A stretch of 64,000 bases of DNA, taken from NCBI RefSeq assembly GCF_018350175.1, contig NC_058373.1, forward strand, positions 115,012,001 through 115,076,000. The letters run 5' to 3'. Position numbers and translations under genes: made by a program. This DNA is from Felis catus. Taxonomy: Eukaryota. The notes under the pieces were generated by a model, which saw only the letters and a list, made by a program, of their open reading frames with translations, was not told where the DNA came from and did no database searches. This document shows, one piece after another, positions 30,336 to 44,598 of the stretch (position 1 is its first letter; each line of letters begins with the position of its first letter).

Positions 30336-30867
30336 TGATACTCTTTTTCCCCCAAAGGGTCCTCCACAAGGGGAATGGGGCCCAATGGAGTGATGATCTA
30401 AAAGGTGTCTTCTCAGTGGACCAGAGAACACGGGAGGCCTAAAGCAGGACCCATGGAAGCAAATTCAAGTTTGCCTTGCTGTGACTGTGCCCTTGGGAAA
30501 TCCATCTTCTTCAGAGTTTATATCTTTATACCACATGGAGGGTTGATTAGGGTGGGCGGCAGGACCACCCACCTCTTCCTTCTTGTGGCTCATTCACTTA
30601 GCTGCTACTGCGTGAAATTGAGCATGAAGGGAAATTAACTGTATGTCACCTGCCTCTGATACCACAGAAACTGTGAGGGGGAGAGAGGCAGTGGCATGTG
30701 TCAAGGACAAAGTACAGACTGTTCCCAGCCCCTCTTCCCCGGCTCCTCCTGAGTTGCCCCTCTGCACCTTGCACAAAGACACCCTGACCCCTACTCCAAA
30801 CCACCGAGCTCATCTGTCCCGATGAGGCCAACCCCTTTCAGACTCAACATTTTTGCCCATGCTAGAC

Positions 30868-31079
30868 CTTTTTTTTTTTAAATTTTTAAAAAATATTTAT
30901 TTATTTTTGAGAGACAGAGCATGAGCAGGGGAGGGGCAGAGAGAGAGGGAGACACAGAATCCGAAGCAGGCTCCAAGCTGTCAGCACAGAGCCCGATGCA
31001 GGGCTCGAACCCACAAACCGCGAGTTCATGACCTGAGCCGAAGTTGGACACTTAACCGACTGAGCCACCCAGTTGCCCC
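30868..31079 (-). mobile_element. Carnivore SINE, antisense, intron 8
   Basis: Full SINE body in reverse; flanks share ccatgcta. Confidence 0.9.
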
Positions 31080-31813
31080 GCCATGCTATTCCTTCTACAC
31101 AGAATGTTCTTTCACCTCTTCTCTGCCTGGAGAACTCATCCATCCTACTAAGACTCAACTCCAACAGAACTGTAGCCAAGCTTCCCTGACTCTTCTAGGC
31201 AAGGTTTTGCTGTGAGCTCCAGGCTCCAGCAGCACTTTGCACGTCTTGTTATGGGACACTAGGTTGTGCCTTCTAAACGGTGAACTTCACTAGACTGTCT
31301 TAAGGTGTCTCCCAGCCCAGCACCTAGCGGCAGCCTGGCACAGCGCTAGTGTTTACTCTGAATTCATGAATTGCCTTTGAGGGCTGCAAGGGTTTCTATT
31401 CCCTCTCCACTGACTAGAGGCTTAGTCTGTGGTGCCTTTATTTGTTTCTCTTTTCAGTTCACATCATGAGAGATTGTTCTCATGGAGAGTTTCGACTCTA
31501 GAATTTCTGGGTAGTGCAAGACCCCAGCCTGATAAATGACGAGGACATCTAAATCTGTTCTAGGGCTGGCTCCTTTTGAACGTTTTTCATATGAGCCCAA
31601 CACATGCCCTCACTCAGCCCTCGGGGAATAAAGACCCCAGAAGGTCATGGTGCCCTTGGACGCCTGTTTTAGTAGGTGCCACTTCCACTGGAAGCTGCAT
31701 TGAGCTCCTCCCTGAGTCCCTCTGTGGAGGAGTAACCTTGCCTCCTTGTGAGGAAGGAGATCTTGGTTTTGGCCTTTTACCTCCATGGAAGGAGGAAGAT
31801 ATTTGGGGTGTCT

Positions 31814-32483
31814 TTTTTTTGGTGGATATCTTATTTTTATGTTTTTTATTTTTACTTGTTTTATTTTTTATTTTTTTAAATTTACATCCAAATTAGTTAG
31901 CATATGGTGTAACAATGATTTCAGGAGTAGATTCCTTAGTGTCCCTTATCCATTTAGCCCATCCTCCCTCCCACAACCCCTCCCGTAACCCTCAGTTTGT
32001 TCTCCATGTTTATGAGTCTCTTCTGTGTTGTCCCCCTCCCTGTTTTTATATTATTTTTGTTTCCCTTCCCTTATGTTCATCTGTTTTCTCTCTTAAACTC
32101 CTCATATGAGTGAAGTTATATGATTTTTATCTTTCTCTGACAAATTCCACTTAAAATAATACCCTGCAGTTCCATCCACGTAGTTGCAAATGGCAAGATT
32201 TCATTCTTTTTGATTGCCGATAATACTCCATTGTATAGATATACCACATCTTCTTTATTCATTCATCCATCCATGGACATTTGGGCTCTTTCCATACTTT
32301 GGCTATTGTTGATAGTGCTGCTATAAACATGGGGGTGCATGTGTCCCTTTGAAACAGCACCCCTGTATCCCTTGGATAAATGCCTAGTAGTGCAATTGCT
32401 GGGTCATAGGGTAGTTCTATTTTTAGTTTTTTGAGGACCCTCCATACTGTTTTCCAGAGTTGTTGCACCTGCTTGCATTCCAC
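31814..32483 (-). mobile_element. 5'-truncated felid L1 (ORF2 C-terminus plus 3' UTR), intron 8
   Basis: Minus-strand translation [32 protein letters not shown]...PMFIAALSTIAKVWKEPKCP is the L1 ORF2 C-terminus; A-rich tail; TSD gggtgtct. Confidence 0.93.
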
Positions 32484-32492
32484 GGGTGTCTC

Positions 32493-32707
32493 TTTTTTTT
32501 TTTTTTTTTTAATGTTTATTTCTGAGACAGAGAAAGACAGAGCATGAGTGGGGGAGGGGCAGAGAGAGGGAAACACAGAATCCAAAGCAGGCTCCAGGCT
32601 CTGAGCTGTCAGCACAGAGCCCGACGCAGGGCTCGAACTCACAGACCGCGAGATCATGACCTGAGCTGAAGCTGGATGCTCAACTGACTAAGCCACCCAG
32701 GTGCCCC
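32493..32707 (-). mobile_element. Feline SINE abutting the L1 5' end
   Basis: T tail and reverse SINE body; TSD ggtgtctctt at 32485 and 32721. Confidence 0.92.
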
Positions 32708-32811
32708 CCCAACCCCCAACGGTGTCTCTTACAGAAGATTGAGTGATGAGGACATCCCTCCCTGAAACTGAAAGGCAGGTGAGGGCAGCCATGTTGGAAA
32801 ACCTAAACTAG

Positions 32812-33027
<216 letters not shown>

Positions 33028-33516
33028 TAAGGGGGCCTTCAACCCCTGAGTCCCGTTTTGATAACATCCCTTGAACTGCACGTCCAGACTCTTGGGTTCT
33101 AGCTGGCTTTGACCAGATAGGTCACTTACTTCCTTTTGCCTAGGACTCAGTTTCCCCACCAGGCAAATGGGAAGAAAACTTTCACTACCTAGAGCCGACC
33201 TGATCATGGTCTCTTGGACTGGTATGAACCATACAGACAGACATTAGGTCGGTCTAACAATGCTTTGTGGCAGGCGGGGCAGGTCCTCCAAGCCCCTTTG
33301 CACAAATGAGGAAACAGCCTCCGAGGATTTGTAGGACTTTCTTGAGGTCACAGAACTAGCAAGACCTGGACCCAAGATTCCAGTCTTCAGGCAGGGGCTC
33401 TCCTCGCTTAACCACACCACCCCTCGCATCCCCAGAAAGTTCTGGGTCTCGGGGTTTCTGCAGCCGGGTCTCTAGGAGGGGCTGCTCTTCCACTGGAAAG
33501 GCCCGATGGCGAGTGA

Positions 33517-34285
<769 letters not shown>

Positions 34286-34292
34286 TAGGTGA

Positions 34293-34700
<408 letters not shown>

Positions 34701-34703
34701 TGA

Positions 34704-35057
<354 letters not shown>

Positions 35058-37010
35058 TGGGCGCTCCACCCCTGCCTCCCAGGTCTTTTCTCAGTGGATA
35101 GGGGCGGGAGGAGGTGGCAGGGGGAGGTCGGACTCTACCTGGCACCTCTCTGCTCCCCTCTGCGCCCCCACCTAGGGGCCGGCCTCACCTTCATAGGACA
35201 GGGATGGCACCTCCCTCACCCCCACCCAGAAACCTACTCTTGGGTTTACATCAGGCCCAATCAGACCCAAGTTGGGTGCTGCCTGCTTGTCACCTGGTGC
35301 TTATCTGGTGAGGCGAGGCGGGGCCTGGCCTGGCTGCACGTGGAGACATTTTGGTTGGGGACTGGGGTGGGCAGGGCCCATAGCTGTCACTTGTGCCCAC
35401 TCCAACTCCCTGTAATGCTGCCTCCCTGTCTTTGTGTATAAAGGACTCCCGTCCCCACCTTGATACCTGCTTCCCCCTGAGGTTCCTAATCCTTTCTTTG
35501 CTTCTGAGACCCATAGACATCCCTCAGCCAAGGCTGAGAGCATTTACCACATCGTGTGGCAGGGAAGAGAGGGACCTAACACAGTGACGTTTGGGTTTGT
35601 GGCATACCACACTTTCCACGGTGTCTCCTCTCCTGAGGTTGGGCCCTGGCTGACGGGCTACCCACTCACTCCCATATCCCTCCTGCATGTGTGCCTAGGG
35701 CCCTGGGCCCTGGCTGGGATCTGCAGCCAGCAGCCATTTTGAGGGCTCTCTCGGAGGACAAGGAGTAAGCTCAGGGCGTGGGACAGGGTGGCCCTGGCTC
35801 CTGCATTGTCCGCTCCTGGTTGGGTAGGAAGACAGCTGCCTCGGGCTGTGGTGGCCCTTGGCCCATGGGATCACACGTCTCCCTCTGAGCCGCCCCCGCT
35901 TTAGCCACCTTGCTGCCTCCTCTCCCTGCAGAGGCTTCATCCAGTGAAGCAATGTGACCCTGGAAGATGGGGGCCTGGCCCTGCAATAATGCCAGTAGCC
36001 ATTGGTTGGCCCTGTGTCATCTAGGGTGAAGCTGAAACACACTGTAGGTTGTCTGTGGGGTGTGTCCCTCACCCACAGTCTGCTCGGCTCTTCTCCTCCT
36101 AGCCACATCCTCCAAAGCTGCCTAAATCCATTCGTCCCTCCAGAAAAGGAGGTCTGCCTGGGATCAGGGTGCTCATAGATGCTGGCGGTATTAAAGGCAT
36201 TGATTCTCTGCTGCTTGGCAAACAGAGTGAGGTGCCCAGTCTGGAGCGGTGCACAGATGGCTGCAGGGCAAACCCCAGCAGAGGTGCTGGCCTCCCCCTC
36301 AAAATACATGCGTGTCTACTGGCCATCTAGCCCAGGCCGGCCCGGGGTGCCCTGCTCGGTGCTCAAGGCTGCCTGGTGAAGCTAAGGGAGACCCAACTCA
36401 AGTCCTGGGTGGACTGTGATGGCTTCAGCCAGTCTGTGGAATCTGGGTGGAGACAGGGACAGAGGCAGTTAGAAACAATGCATCTGAAAAAGATGAGTTT
36501 AAAAAAAAAAAACAAAAAACTTTAAACACGTAGGAACCTGCATAAACTTGGAACTCATTTATCTGACATGTATATAGGGTGGACTTTGAAATGAGGAAGA
36601 TGTATAAAATCCAGATTACCATTTTATTTTTTGTTTGTAAAGGAATTAGTTTAATAATGGTTTGCTCTTGGAGAAAGACCTTTTGGAAATTTTCAAATGC
36701 ATTTTCGCTCCCAGGCAGGCTATTAACCAGGAAGGCAAGTGCTGTTCCATGCACATTTACCAATCCCTAGTTTCTTTCCTACCATTTCACCCTGTACTTT
36801 CCATGCCTCGGGCAAGTCTGGGTTATTGTCAACAAACTGATCAGTCCATAAGTATTTATTTGTACCTAACACTGTAAATAGAAAAAGAGAAACATCTCTA
36901 TATGAAAATATATCACAGTGGGAATTACTTATTGGAAATGTATTGATCTGATTTTTTTTTTTTTTTTAATAAAACTCTTACTCCTTGGCCAATTAAATGT
37001 GTTTCCTGCA
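35058..37010 (+). other. PLEKHD1: PLEKHD1 3' UTR (putative extent)
   Basis: Follows the stop codon with no obvious repeats; AU-rich distal part ends at poly(A) signals. Confidence 0.6.
36968..36997 (+). terminator. Polyadenylation signals AATAAA (36968-36973) and ATTAAA (36992-36997)
   Basis: First canonical hexamer I found after the stop; upstream TGTA and a U-run, downstream TGTGTTT and GT-rich sequence. Confidence 0.65.
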
Positions 37011-38257
37011 GTAGGGCTTGTAGTCTGGTCATTGCTAGAGAGATGTTGCCCCCTGCAGGCCAAACGTGGAATTGTGCAATTCCCTGCGTGTAGTCTTAAT
37101 AAGCAAGCACGTTTCCCCTACATAGAAGGAAATACTCCCCACTGCTGCACCTCCTGGAAGTGGCTTCCTAATAATTAACTGAAAAATCTGTCTTCCCACC
37201 CCGAGGTCCTGGCTGTTCCCATGTAACAAGGACTATCAGCTGGATTTGGTTCTGATTTGAGCACTGACCAAAGGGAGTAGACCACATGGATGGGAATGAC
37301 CTCAGGGAGACAAAGCACACCTAGTTTTATGACTTGCTGGTATCAGTATCCCCACTGGAAATTGACAGCATGCCTCCTCTGAAGAGGAGAGGTTTATGTT
37401 TTTGTTTTGTAATCATGTAAGAGAGAGCAAGAAATGGTAATGACAAGATTCTCCTCCTATTTGGTATATTTCCTCACTGGGGATGGTTGATCTGTCATCA
37501 GGCCCAGGAGTGTCCTGGTTTGTATTGTTTCCCAGCATAATTATTAATGACTCCCCTTTCTGTTGTCCCTGATGTCCCAGTTTGTGTGCTAGTTCTGTGG
37601 TCATCCTGGGTGTAATGCTGTTCCCCAACAGTATGTTAATGGACGGGGTAAGAGATCTGTGAAATACTCAGGTCCTGACCCACTGCCCAGCTCTCAGATC
37701 CCAGCTCCCAGCTCCCAGCTTCTGAGAAGGATCTACTGCCTCTATTTGTCTCTGGAGAGATGTAACTCTTGCCTCCTCCCCCCCCCCCCCCATCCTATTC
37801 CACCCACCTCACCATGACCTGGGCAACTTGTGGGTGATTCAGGTACCATCTGAGTAAAATTTGGAGCACACAGTAAATGATGATGGTGGAACTGACTTGC
37901 TCAAGTCTCAGGGAGCCAGCCTGTGTCAGATTTGGTCTAACTGGAAGATAGTCATTAAACCCACCAGACAAAGGGGGCTGCTCTGGAGCCCTCAGATAAA
38001 GGCCAGCAGCCCTGGGGGATCTTCTGCTTCTGTGGTGAGCCGGGATGGGGCTGCTCAGACCCCCAGGCTGCTGCAAAGGGCTCCCCAAATTCAGAAACCT
38101 TATGGCTTTGACTCTTGGGGGGAAGCTACTGACTTATTTTACTTCCCTCACCCCTGGAGAGCAAGGAGCAGGGGGTGTTCTGGCTTTGCTTCTGGGTGAG
38201 ACTCTGTGATCAGGCGGAGAAGGTGAGTCGAGACAGGTTGCTCAAAGGAAGAGGCTC

Positions 38258-38478
38258 GAGGCGCCTGGGTGGCTCAATCAGTTAAGTATCTGACTTCGGC
38301 TAGGGTCAGGATCGCAGGGTATGTGAGGAGGGCGTTGGGCTCTGTGCTGACAGCTCAGAGCCTGCTTTGGATTCTGGGTCTCCCTCTCTCTCTGCCCCTC
38401 CCCTGCTCGCACTCTGTCTTAATGTTAAATAAACATCAAAAACTTATTTTATGTTAAATAAACATTAAAAAAAAATTA
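38258..38478 (+). mobile_element. Carnivore SINE
   Basis: ggcgcctgggtggctcaatcagttaag head; imperfect TSD aaagg..gaggctc. Confidence 0.85.
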
Positions 38479-39309
38479 AAAGGCAGGAGGCTCCACCTCA
38501 GGTTCCAGGAGAATGCAGAGCCACACAGAGCCAGCTGATAGCGCATTTGGGGGCTCATTCTCTGCGCTCTGTCTTACTTCCCCGAAAGGAGGATCTAATC
38601 CTTGCCTCTAGGCTGAGGGTCCTGCTATGAACAGACTCAACCTGTCCTGTTATCCTGGCAAGAACTGTGGCTGATGGGCCTTGGAATGTCACTGACCACA
38701 GGAGAAACTTTCCTCTAGGGACTTGTCCCGCAGGCTGCTTGCTGCGGGGGGGTGGTGGGGGGTGGGGGGGGGTGGGGGTGGGGGTCTCCAACGGTGAAAG
38801 GTCAGGTCTCAGCTCTGTAGCTTTGAATAAGTCACCATTTAAAACGTTTTTAATATGTATATATTTTTATTAGGTAGGAGAGAAATCTCACGAGGCTGCT
38901 CAGAGCCCTTGCAGTTCTCAAGCTCTACGAACTGGGAACTTGCAGCCTCAGAATCAACAGAAATATGGCTGCTGCCGCCACCAGCACTGATCACAAAAAC
39001 ACAGTTCGAAGGAAGGAAGGATGTTCTGGCTCATGTTGCGCTTGATGCGGTGCCATTGTCAGAAGCTTTTAGTGTTGAGAGGAGAACAGGAAAGACAGCT
39101 AATTTATCATCCCAAAGAAAAGGCAATTGTGACTAATTAGTCGCTGGGAAGGCCACCCTGGGAAAGGAAAGATGTCTATTCTCATGCTTATCCTGGTGTC
39201 TGAGACCATCTGTCAGCATCACTTCTTTCCATCTTCATTCAACAAATATTTGTTGTGGTTCCGTTGCGTGAAGTCAAGCACTTACCTGTGCGCTTATTAT
39301 CTCTGTTAC

Positions 39310-39940
39310 TTACTGTTATTTTTTTCATTGTGGTAAAATATACATAACATAAAAGTTACTATTTTCACCATTAAAAAAAAAAGTTTATTTATTTTGAGAG
39401 AGAGACAGAGAAAGAGAGCATGCTGAAGGGGCAGAGAGAGAGGGAGAGAGAGAGAATCCCAGGCAGGCTCTGCACTGTCAGCAGGCTCTGTACTGATGGC
39501 AAGGAGCCTGATGCGGGGCTTGAACTCACGAACCAGGAGATCATGACCTGAGCTGAAATCAAGAGTCGGTCACTCAACCAACTGAGCCACCCAGGCGCCC
39601 CCCCCCCCATTTTGACCATCTTTAAGTGTAGAGTTCATATAAGTGTTAAGTGTATTCGCATAGCTGTGCGACCAATCTGCAGAACTTTTCATCTTGCAAA
39701 GCTGAAACTCTGTGCCTTAACTCCCTGTTTCCTCCTCCCCCCAGCCTCTGCGACCACCATTCTACTTTGTCTCTATGAATTTGACTACTTTAGATACCTC
39801 ATAAAAGTGGAATCATACAGTATTTATCGTTTTGTGACCATCTTATCTCACTTAGCATAACTGTCCTCCAGATTCATTCACAGTGTAACATATATCAGAT
39901 GTCATTCCTTTTTAAGGCTGCATTATGTCCTGTCACTCAC
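39310..39940 (-). mobile_element. Old L1 3' end (L1MB-like) with a nested antisense SINE at 39372-39603
   Basis: ttgtggtaaaatatacataacataaaa; accattctactttgtctctatgaatttgactact; aagtggaatcatacagtattt. Confidence 0.85.
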
Positions 39941-40143
39941 TTTTAAAAAGAAAAAAAATGGATTGAAATCTTACTTTTCTGAGAAACTGTTGGCCAACCA
40001 TGAGGGTCCTGACTATCGTAGAGGATAAGAGAGTCACAGCTGAGGGAAGGTTGAATCCCTGTGCTTCCCTTTTTTTTTTCCAGGTTGTTCCTCAGAATGG
40101 CCTGGTAGGAAAAGACGCTTTGGAATTCACTTCCCCCGTCTTC

Positions 40144-40159
40144 CCAGCAGGTGGCAGCA
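40144..40159 (+). promoter_or_regulatory. Candidate CTCF site
   Basis: CCAGCAGGTGGCAGCA fits the CTCF core CCASYAGRKGGCR. Confidence 0.45.
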
Positions 40160-40585
40160 TGCTCTGTGCTGGGCCTGCAGAATCTGGTGGGAAAGTGAGC
40201 TAAGCCTCCCTGAGAAGGGGGAGGGCATTACTGGTGATGAATCTCCTGGTTGTTCTCCCCTTTAAGATAGGAAACAAAAGTCTCCGCTTGAGCCGTCATT
40301 TATTAAACCTGTAATACATCACGTGCTTTCACACTGATTTCTCCTTTTTGTCCTCACAACATCCCTCTCCTTGCAACCCACAGAGGTTAAGGGAGTTTTG
40401 CCCAAGGTCACACAGCTTCTAAGTGGAAGTTTAAGCATTTGAGTTCATGGCCAGTGTTCTTTCTAGCATATGTGGAGATGTAAAATATTAAAAGTAAATA
40501 TGTAAATAATCACATGTAACTTATTTTTAGTGGGTTTCTTTCTTCCTTCTTTTCCCCCTCCCTCCTTCCTTCCATTTCTTTCTCC

Positions 40586-40798
40586 TTTTTTAAAAATTTT
40601 TTTTTAAGTCTATTTATTTATTTTGAGAGAGAGAGTGAGCGGGGCAGGGGAAGATAGAGGGAGAGAGAGAGACCCAAGCAGGCTCTCCACTGTCAGTGAG
40701 GACCCCGATGTGGGGCTTGAACCCATGAATCATGAGATCATGACCTGAACCAAAACCAAGAGTCGAATGTTTAACTGACTGAACCACCCAGGCACCCC
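40586..40798 (-). mobile_element. Carnivore SINE
   Basis: Reverse SINE body ending ccacccaggcacccc. Confidence 0.88.
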
Positions 40799-41279
40799 TC
40801 TTCCTTCTTTTTTTCAGCAAATATATTGAGCTCCTCTCTGTTCTAGACCCCAGAGTCTGCACTCAGATCTTTTATAGGTTCTTAAGGGATTGACTCAGCT
40901 GCTTGGTAATGGACAGTTTCCCGAGAATTTTTCCATTCTGAAGGGCTGGCTAGTCAAAGATAGCAGGGCCTGAGGGTTGGAGCTTCTCATCCTAAGAACT
41001 TTGAAAAGTAACCAGGCCTTTGCTTGCCGCCTCCAACCGCTTCTAGGCCGGCAGTCTCTTGCCCTTCATTCTCCTTTGCCCTCCCCCACGCTGCCCAGTA
41101 CAGTGTCCTCTGGAACAGAAGCATCCTCCCTGGGATGCAGAGGCAGCCAATGGGAAGCCCCTGGGCTGGGATTCTAGAGGCCAGGATGATGCTATAGAAA
41201 CAGTGATTCATCCTAATAGAGGGGCAAGCTTTGAACAATGAGGCGTGGAATTAGATGCTCTCAAAACCCTTCTGTAATT

Positions 41280-41630
41280 CTGGGGATCACCACTTCTCTG
41301 TGGGGGATTGCGTTAGGCATGGACATGTGACCCAGGGTGGCTGATGAGATGAGAAATTTGCTGGAGGACTTCTGATACAGGCTTTTCCACCTTTAGAGTC
41401 ATAGAGAAGACGTAATCCTTTTTTGTCCACTGGACATTTGATGTCTAGATATGAAATTGAGAAATAAGGCAGCCAATTTGTGACCATGATGGCAGCTGTG
41501 CCTCTAGAAAGATGGCAGGGAGACTTGGTCCTTACTGAGTCGTCACTGAGTTAACCAATACTAGATCTGTCCTATTTCAGGACTTCTTATTATGTGTTCT
41601 AATTTATCTTATGTTACATTATTATTTAAG
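41280..41630. mobile_element. Old MaLR LTR remnant (MLT1J/K-like)
   Basis: ggacatgtgacccag, gcagccaatttgtgaccatga, ggacttcttattatgtg. Confidence 0.5.
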
Positions 41631-41632
41631 AC

Positions 41633-42605
41633 TTTTTTTTTAATTTGAGAGAGAGAGAGATCACGAGTAGGGGAGGGGGACACAAGGAGAGAGGGAGAGA
41701 ATCTTAAGCAGGCTCCACGCTTAGCATGGAACCTGAGGTGGGGCTTGATCCCACGACCCCAGGATCATGACCTGAGCCAAAATCAAGAGTCAGATGCTCA
41801 ACTGAAATTGGGGTGAATTTGGGATATATTTTATTTTATTTTTTAATTTTTTTTGACGTTTATTCATTTTTGAGAGACAGAGACAGAGTGTGAGCTGGGG
41901 AGGGGCAAAGAGAGAGAGAGAGAGACACAGACTCCAAAGCAGGCTCCAGGCTCTGAGCTGTGAGCACAGAGCCTGATACGGGGCTCGAACCCACCAACCA
42001 TGAGATCATGGCCTGAGCCAAAGTCAGACACTTAACTGACTTTGCCACCCAGGCGCCCTGGGATATATTTTAAATTGATAGCATCTCGTGATTGCTGCTG
42101 ACCACAAGACAATCTCAGTGAGGTTGTCATTGCCTTTGCAGACCTCAGACATCCCATCATCAAAATGTGTAGACTGTATGCCAATAGTTTGGTGAAAAAA
42201 AAAATCCCAAAATACTCATGGAGCATGCTTTTTTAAAAGAAAAATGTTTATTTTATCTATTTTGAGAGAGAGAGAGATCTCACAAACCGTGAGATCGTGA
42301 CCAGAGCATAAATCAACATTTGGCAGCTTAACTGACTGAGCCACCCAGGTGCCCCAGAGCATGCTTTTTTTTAAAAAACATTTTTTTGTTAGCGTTTATT
42401 CATTTTTGAGAGACAGAGAGAGACAGACCGTGAGCTGGGGAGGGGCAGAGAGAGAGGGAGACAGAGAATCCGAAGCGGGCTCCGGGCTCTGAGCTGCAGT
42501 GAGCACAGAGCCCGATGCGGGGCTCAAACTCACGAACCGTGAGATCGCGACCTGAGCTGAATGAAGTCAGATGCTCAACCGACGACTGAGCCACCCAGGC
42601 GCCCC
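41633..42605 (-). mobile_element. Cluster of four antisense carnivore SINEs (41633-41805, 41829-42058, 42228-42355, 42365-42605)
   Basis: Reverse SINE bodies; TSDs gggatatatttt and gagcatgctttttt. Confidence 0.88.
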
Positions 42606-43360
42606 GCAGAGTGTGCTTTTAGTAAGTAAGAGTCACATGGTTGTCGGGGAAGTGGTGAATCTGACATGTTTGGGGGCACTTGTGATACAGCTGGATCCAC
42701 AGAATTTATAAAGCTGGCCGCAGGGCCCAGTCCACATGACACTTAGTTCTTTTATGGATTCTTTTGAGAAATGCTGCATCATCAAGACTCTTGAAGCCTC
42801 AGAGGATAGCAGCATGTGAGAAAAGATGGTCATTGTGATTTTCAGTCAACGAGGAGGTGTCAGATTTGGAATGAGAAGAAACTCTAGAAATACCTCAGCC
42901 CATTTTTTCACTGCTATTTCTCATTTTTTATGCACAAGAGTGATTTACGATGAAAATCTATGACTCATCCAATCTAAAAGGACTGTTTCAATAAGTGTAA
43001 GATAAAAAGTCTGATTGAGGGGCGCCTGGGTGGCGCAGTCGGTTAAGCGTCCGACTTCAGCCAGGTCACGATCTCGCGGTCCGTGAGTTCGAGCCCCGCG
43101 TTGGGCTCTGGGCTGATGGCTCAGAGCCTGGAGCCTGTTTCCGATTCTGTGTCTCCCTCTCTCTCTGCCCCTCCCCCGTTCATGCTCTGTCTCTCTCTGT
43201 CCCAAAAATAAATAAACGTTGAAAACATTAAAAAAAAAAAAAAGTCTGAGTGAAAGCATAGCGTCATCGTTTGATTGGCAGCCCTTTTGATTTCTTAGTG
43301 GTGTATAAAATAATGGTATGCCTTATACTCCATGATGTCGTAAATTGGACAATATGTACT
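42060..43360 (+). mobile_element. Tc1/mariner-pogo (Tc2/Kanga-like) DNA transposon fossil interrupted by SINEs
   Basis: 42760-42819 translates SFEKCCIIKTLEASEDSSM*, resembling the pogo/Tc2 transposase C-terminal SFKKCCI..LDG.ED motif; Tc2-like end taatggtatgccttat...aaattggacaatatgta. Confidence 0.5.
43019..43238 (+). mobile_element. Young feline SINE (SINEC_Fc type)
   Basis: Nearly identical to the 1508 and 7323 copies; TSD aaaaagtctga(t/g)tga. Confidence 0.94.
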
Positions 43361-44548
43361 ATGTGCCCAGCTCTGTCCTGTGCCAGGGAGATGACAGGGA
43401 ATAAGAGTCCAGAGCCTGGTGGTTCAGCTTCGTTGTGGAGAGTCCTTTAGATGTCATTCAGGGATCTCTATGACAGTCACCTTTCGCTACCAGCTGGAGG
43501 CTTCCAAGGTTGCCCTGGGGTTACAGTCTCCAGCAATCCATACGAATTTCCATTGTGCCTGGAAGTAGCCCAGAGCACCTCTGTTCTCATTTAATTGGTG
43601 GAAACTCAGTCACATGGCCTCATCCCCTGCAGGGGAGGGACATGTCATCTGGCTGAGCGCCCAGGGTGAGAGGTGAATATGAACACTAAGGAGCAACCAG
43701 TAGTCCTGCTATACGCGATGAGCAACCCTGTAGAAATGGGGGAGGGTCCCAGCAGCCCACAGCCTCCCCAAAGAAAACAAAAACACCAACCTGCCTGTCC
43801 TGCCGTCATGTCTCTGGGGGTGCTGACCTGAACATCAGGCCCATCACCCGATAGGAAGATGCTTCATGACTCAGAATATTAGCCCCGCTGGGAATCAGTG
43901 TTTGGTAGACCAAGTGACCCATGGGCGCTAATAAGGTTAAAGGAGTTGTGGTGCTTATCCTAAACCGTGACTTTCGACTTGAGATCTTTTTGGGAAGCAG
44001 AGATTTTTCAGGAGTGCCTGTAAAGCCCGATCACTCAGCACCGCCGATTCTGCCTCTCTGCCTGCTGGGGCGGGGGTGGGGTGGGGGATGGGGACGGGCT
44101 TGTTGGCTCAGTAGACTATGCTAGTGACCAGGAATGCACAGCTCCAGCCTCCAGGGTACAGAACGGAGCAATGGTGCGGGGGCAGTTGATGTCCTGTGCA
44201 GGAGTTTGGGTTTTACCAAATTACAGGCTGTGTGACTTGGGCAGATTACTTAACATTTCTGGGCATTGGATCTCTCCGTTGTAAATGCACACGCCTCAAA
44301 TGTAAACGTAGCCGTCATGCTTGTCCTTGCGACCTCAGGTTGTGGGGAGGATCCAGAGAGCAGAAGTAAGGAAGAGCTCTGTGAACTCTAAAGCTTCGTA
44401 CAAACACTACATCGTGTTGATGAACAGGGCACAGGGTCTGCGCTGCGTGAATGCTCCCTGAGTGAGTGACAGTGGTCTTGCTCACGCTCACTGCGTCTGA
44501 TGGGACATTTCTAAGCCACTTGTTTGAAAGCCTCTCCCTCTCCTTCCA

Positions 44549-44556
44549 AACACGTG

Positions 44557-44595
<39 letters not shown>
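44549..44595. repeat. Alternating purine-pyrimidine tract with (CG) and (CA)n
   Basis: acacgtgcacacgcgcgcacacac... Confidence 0.9.
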
Positions 44596-44598
<3 letters not shown>

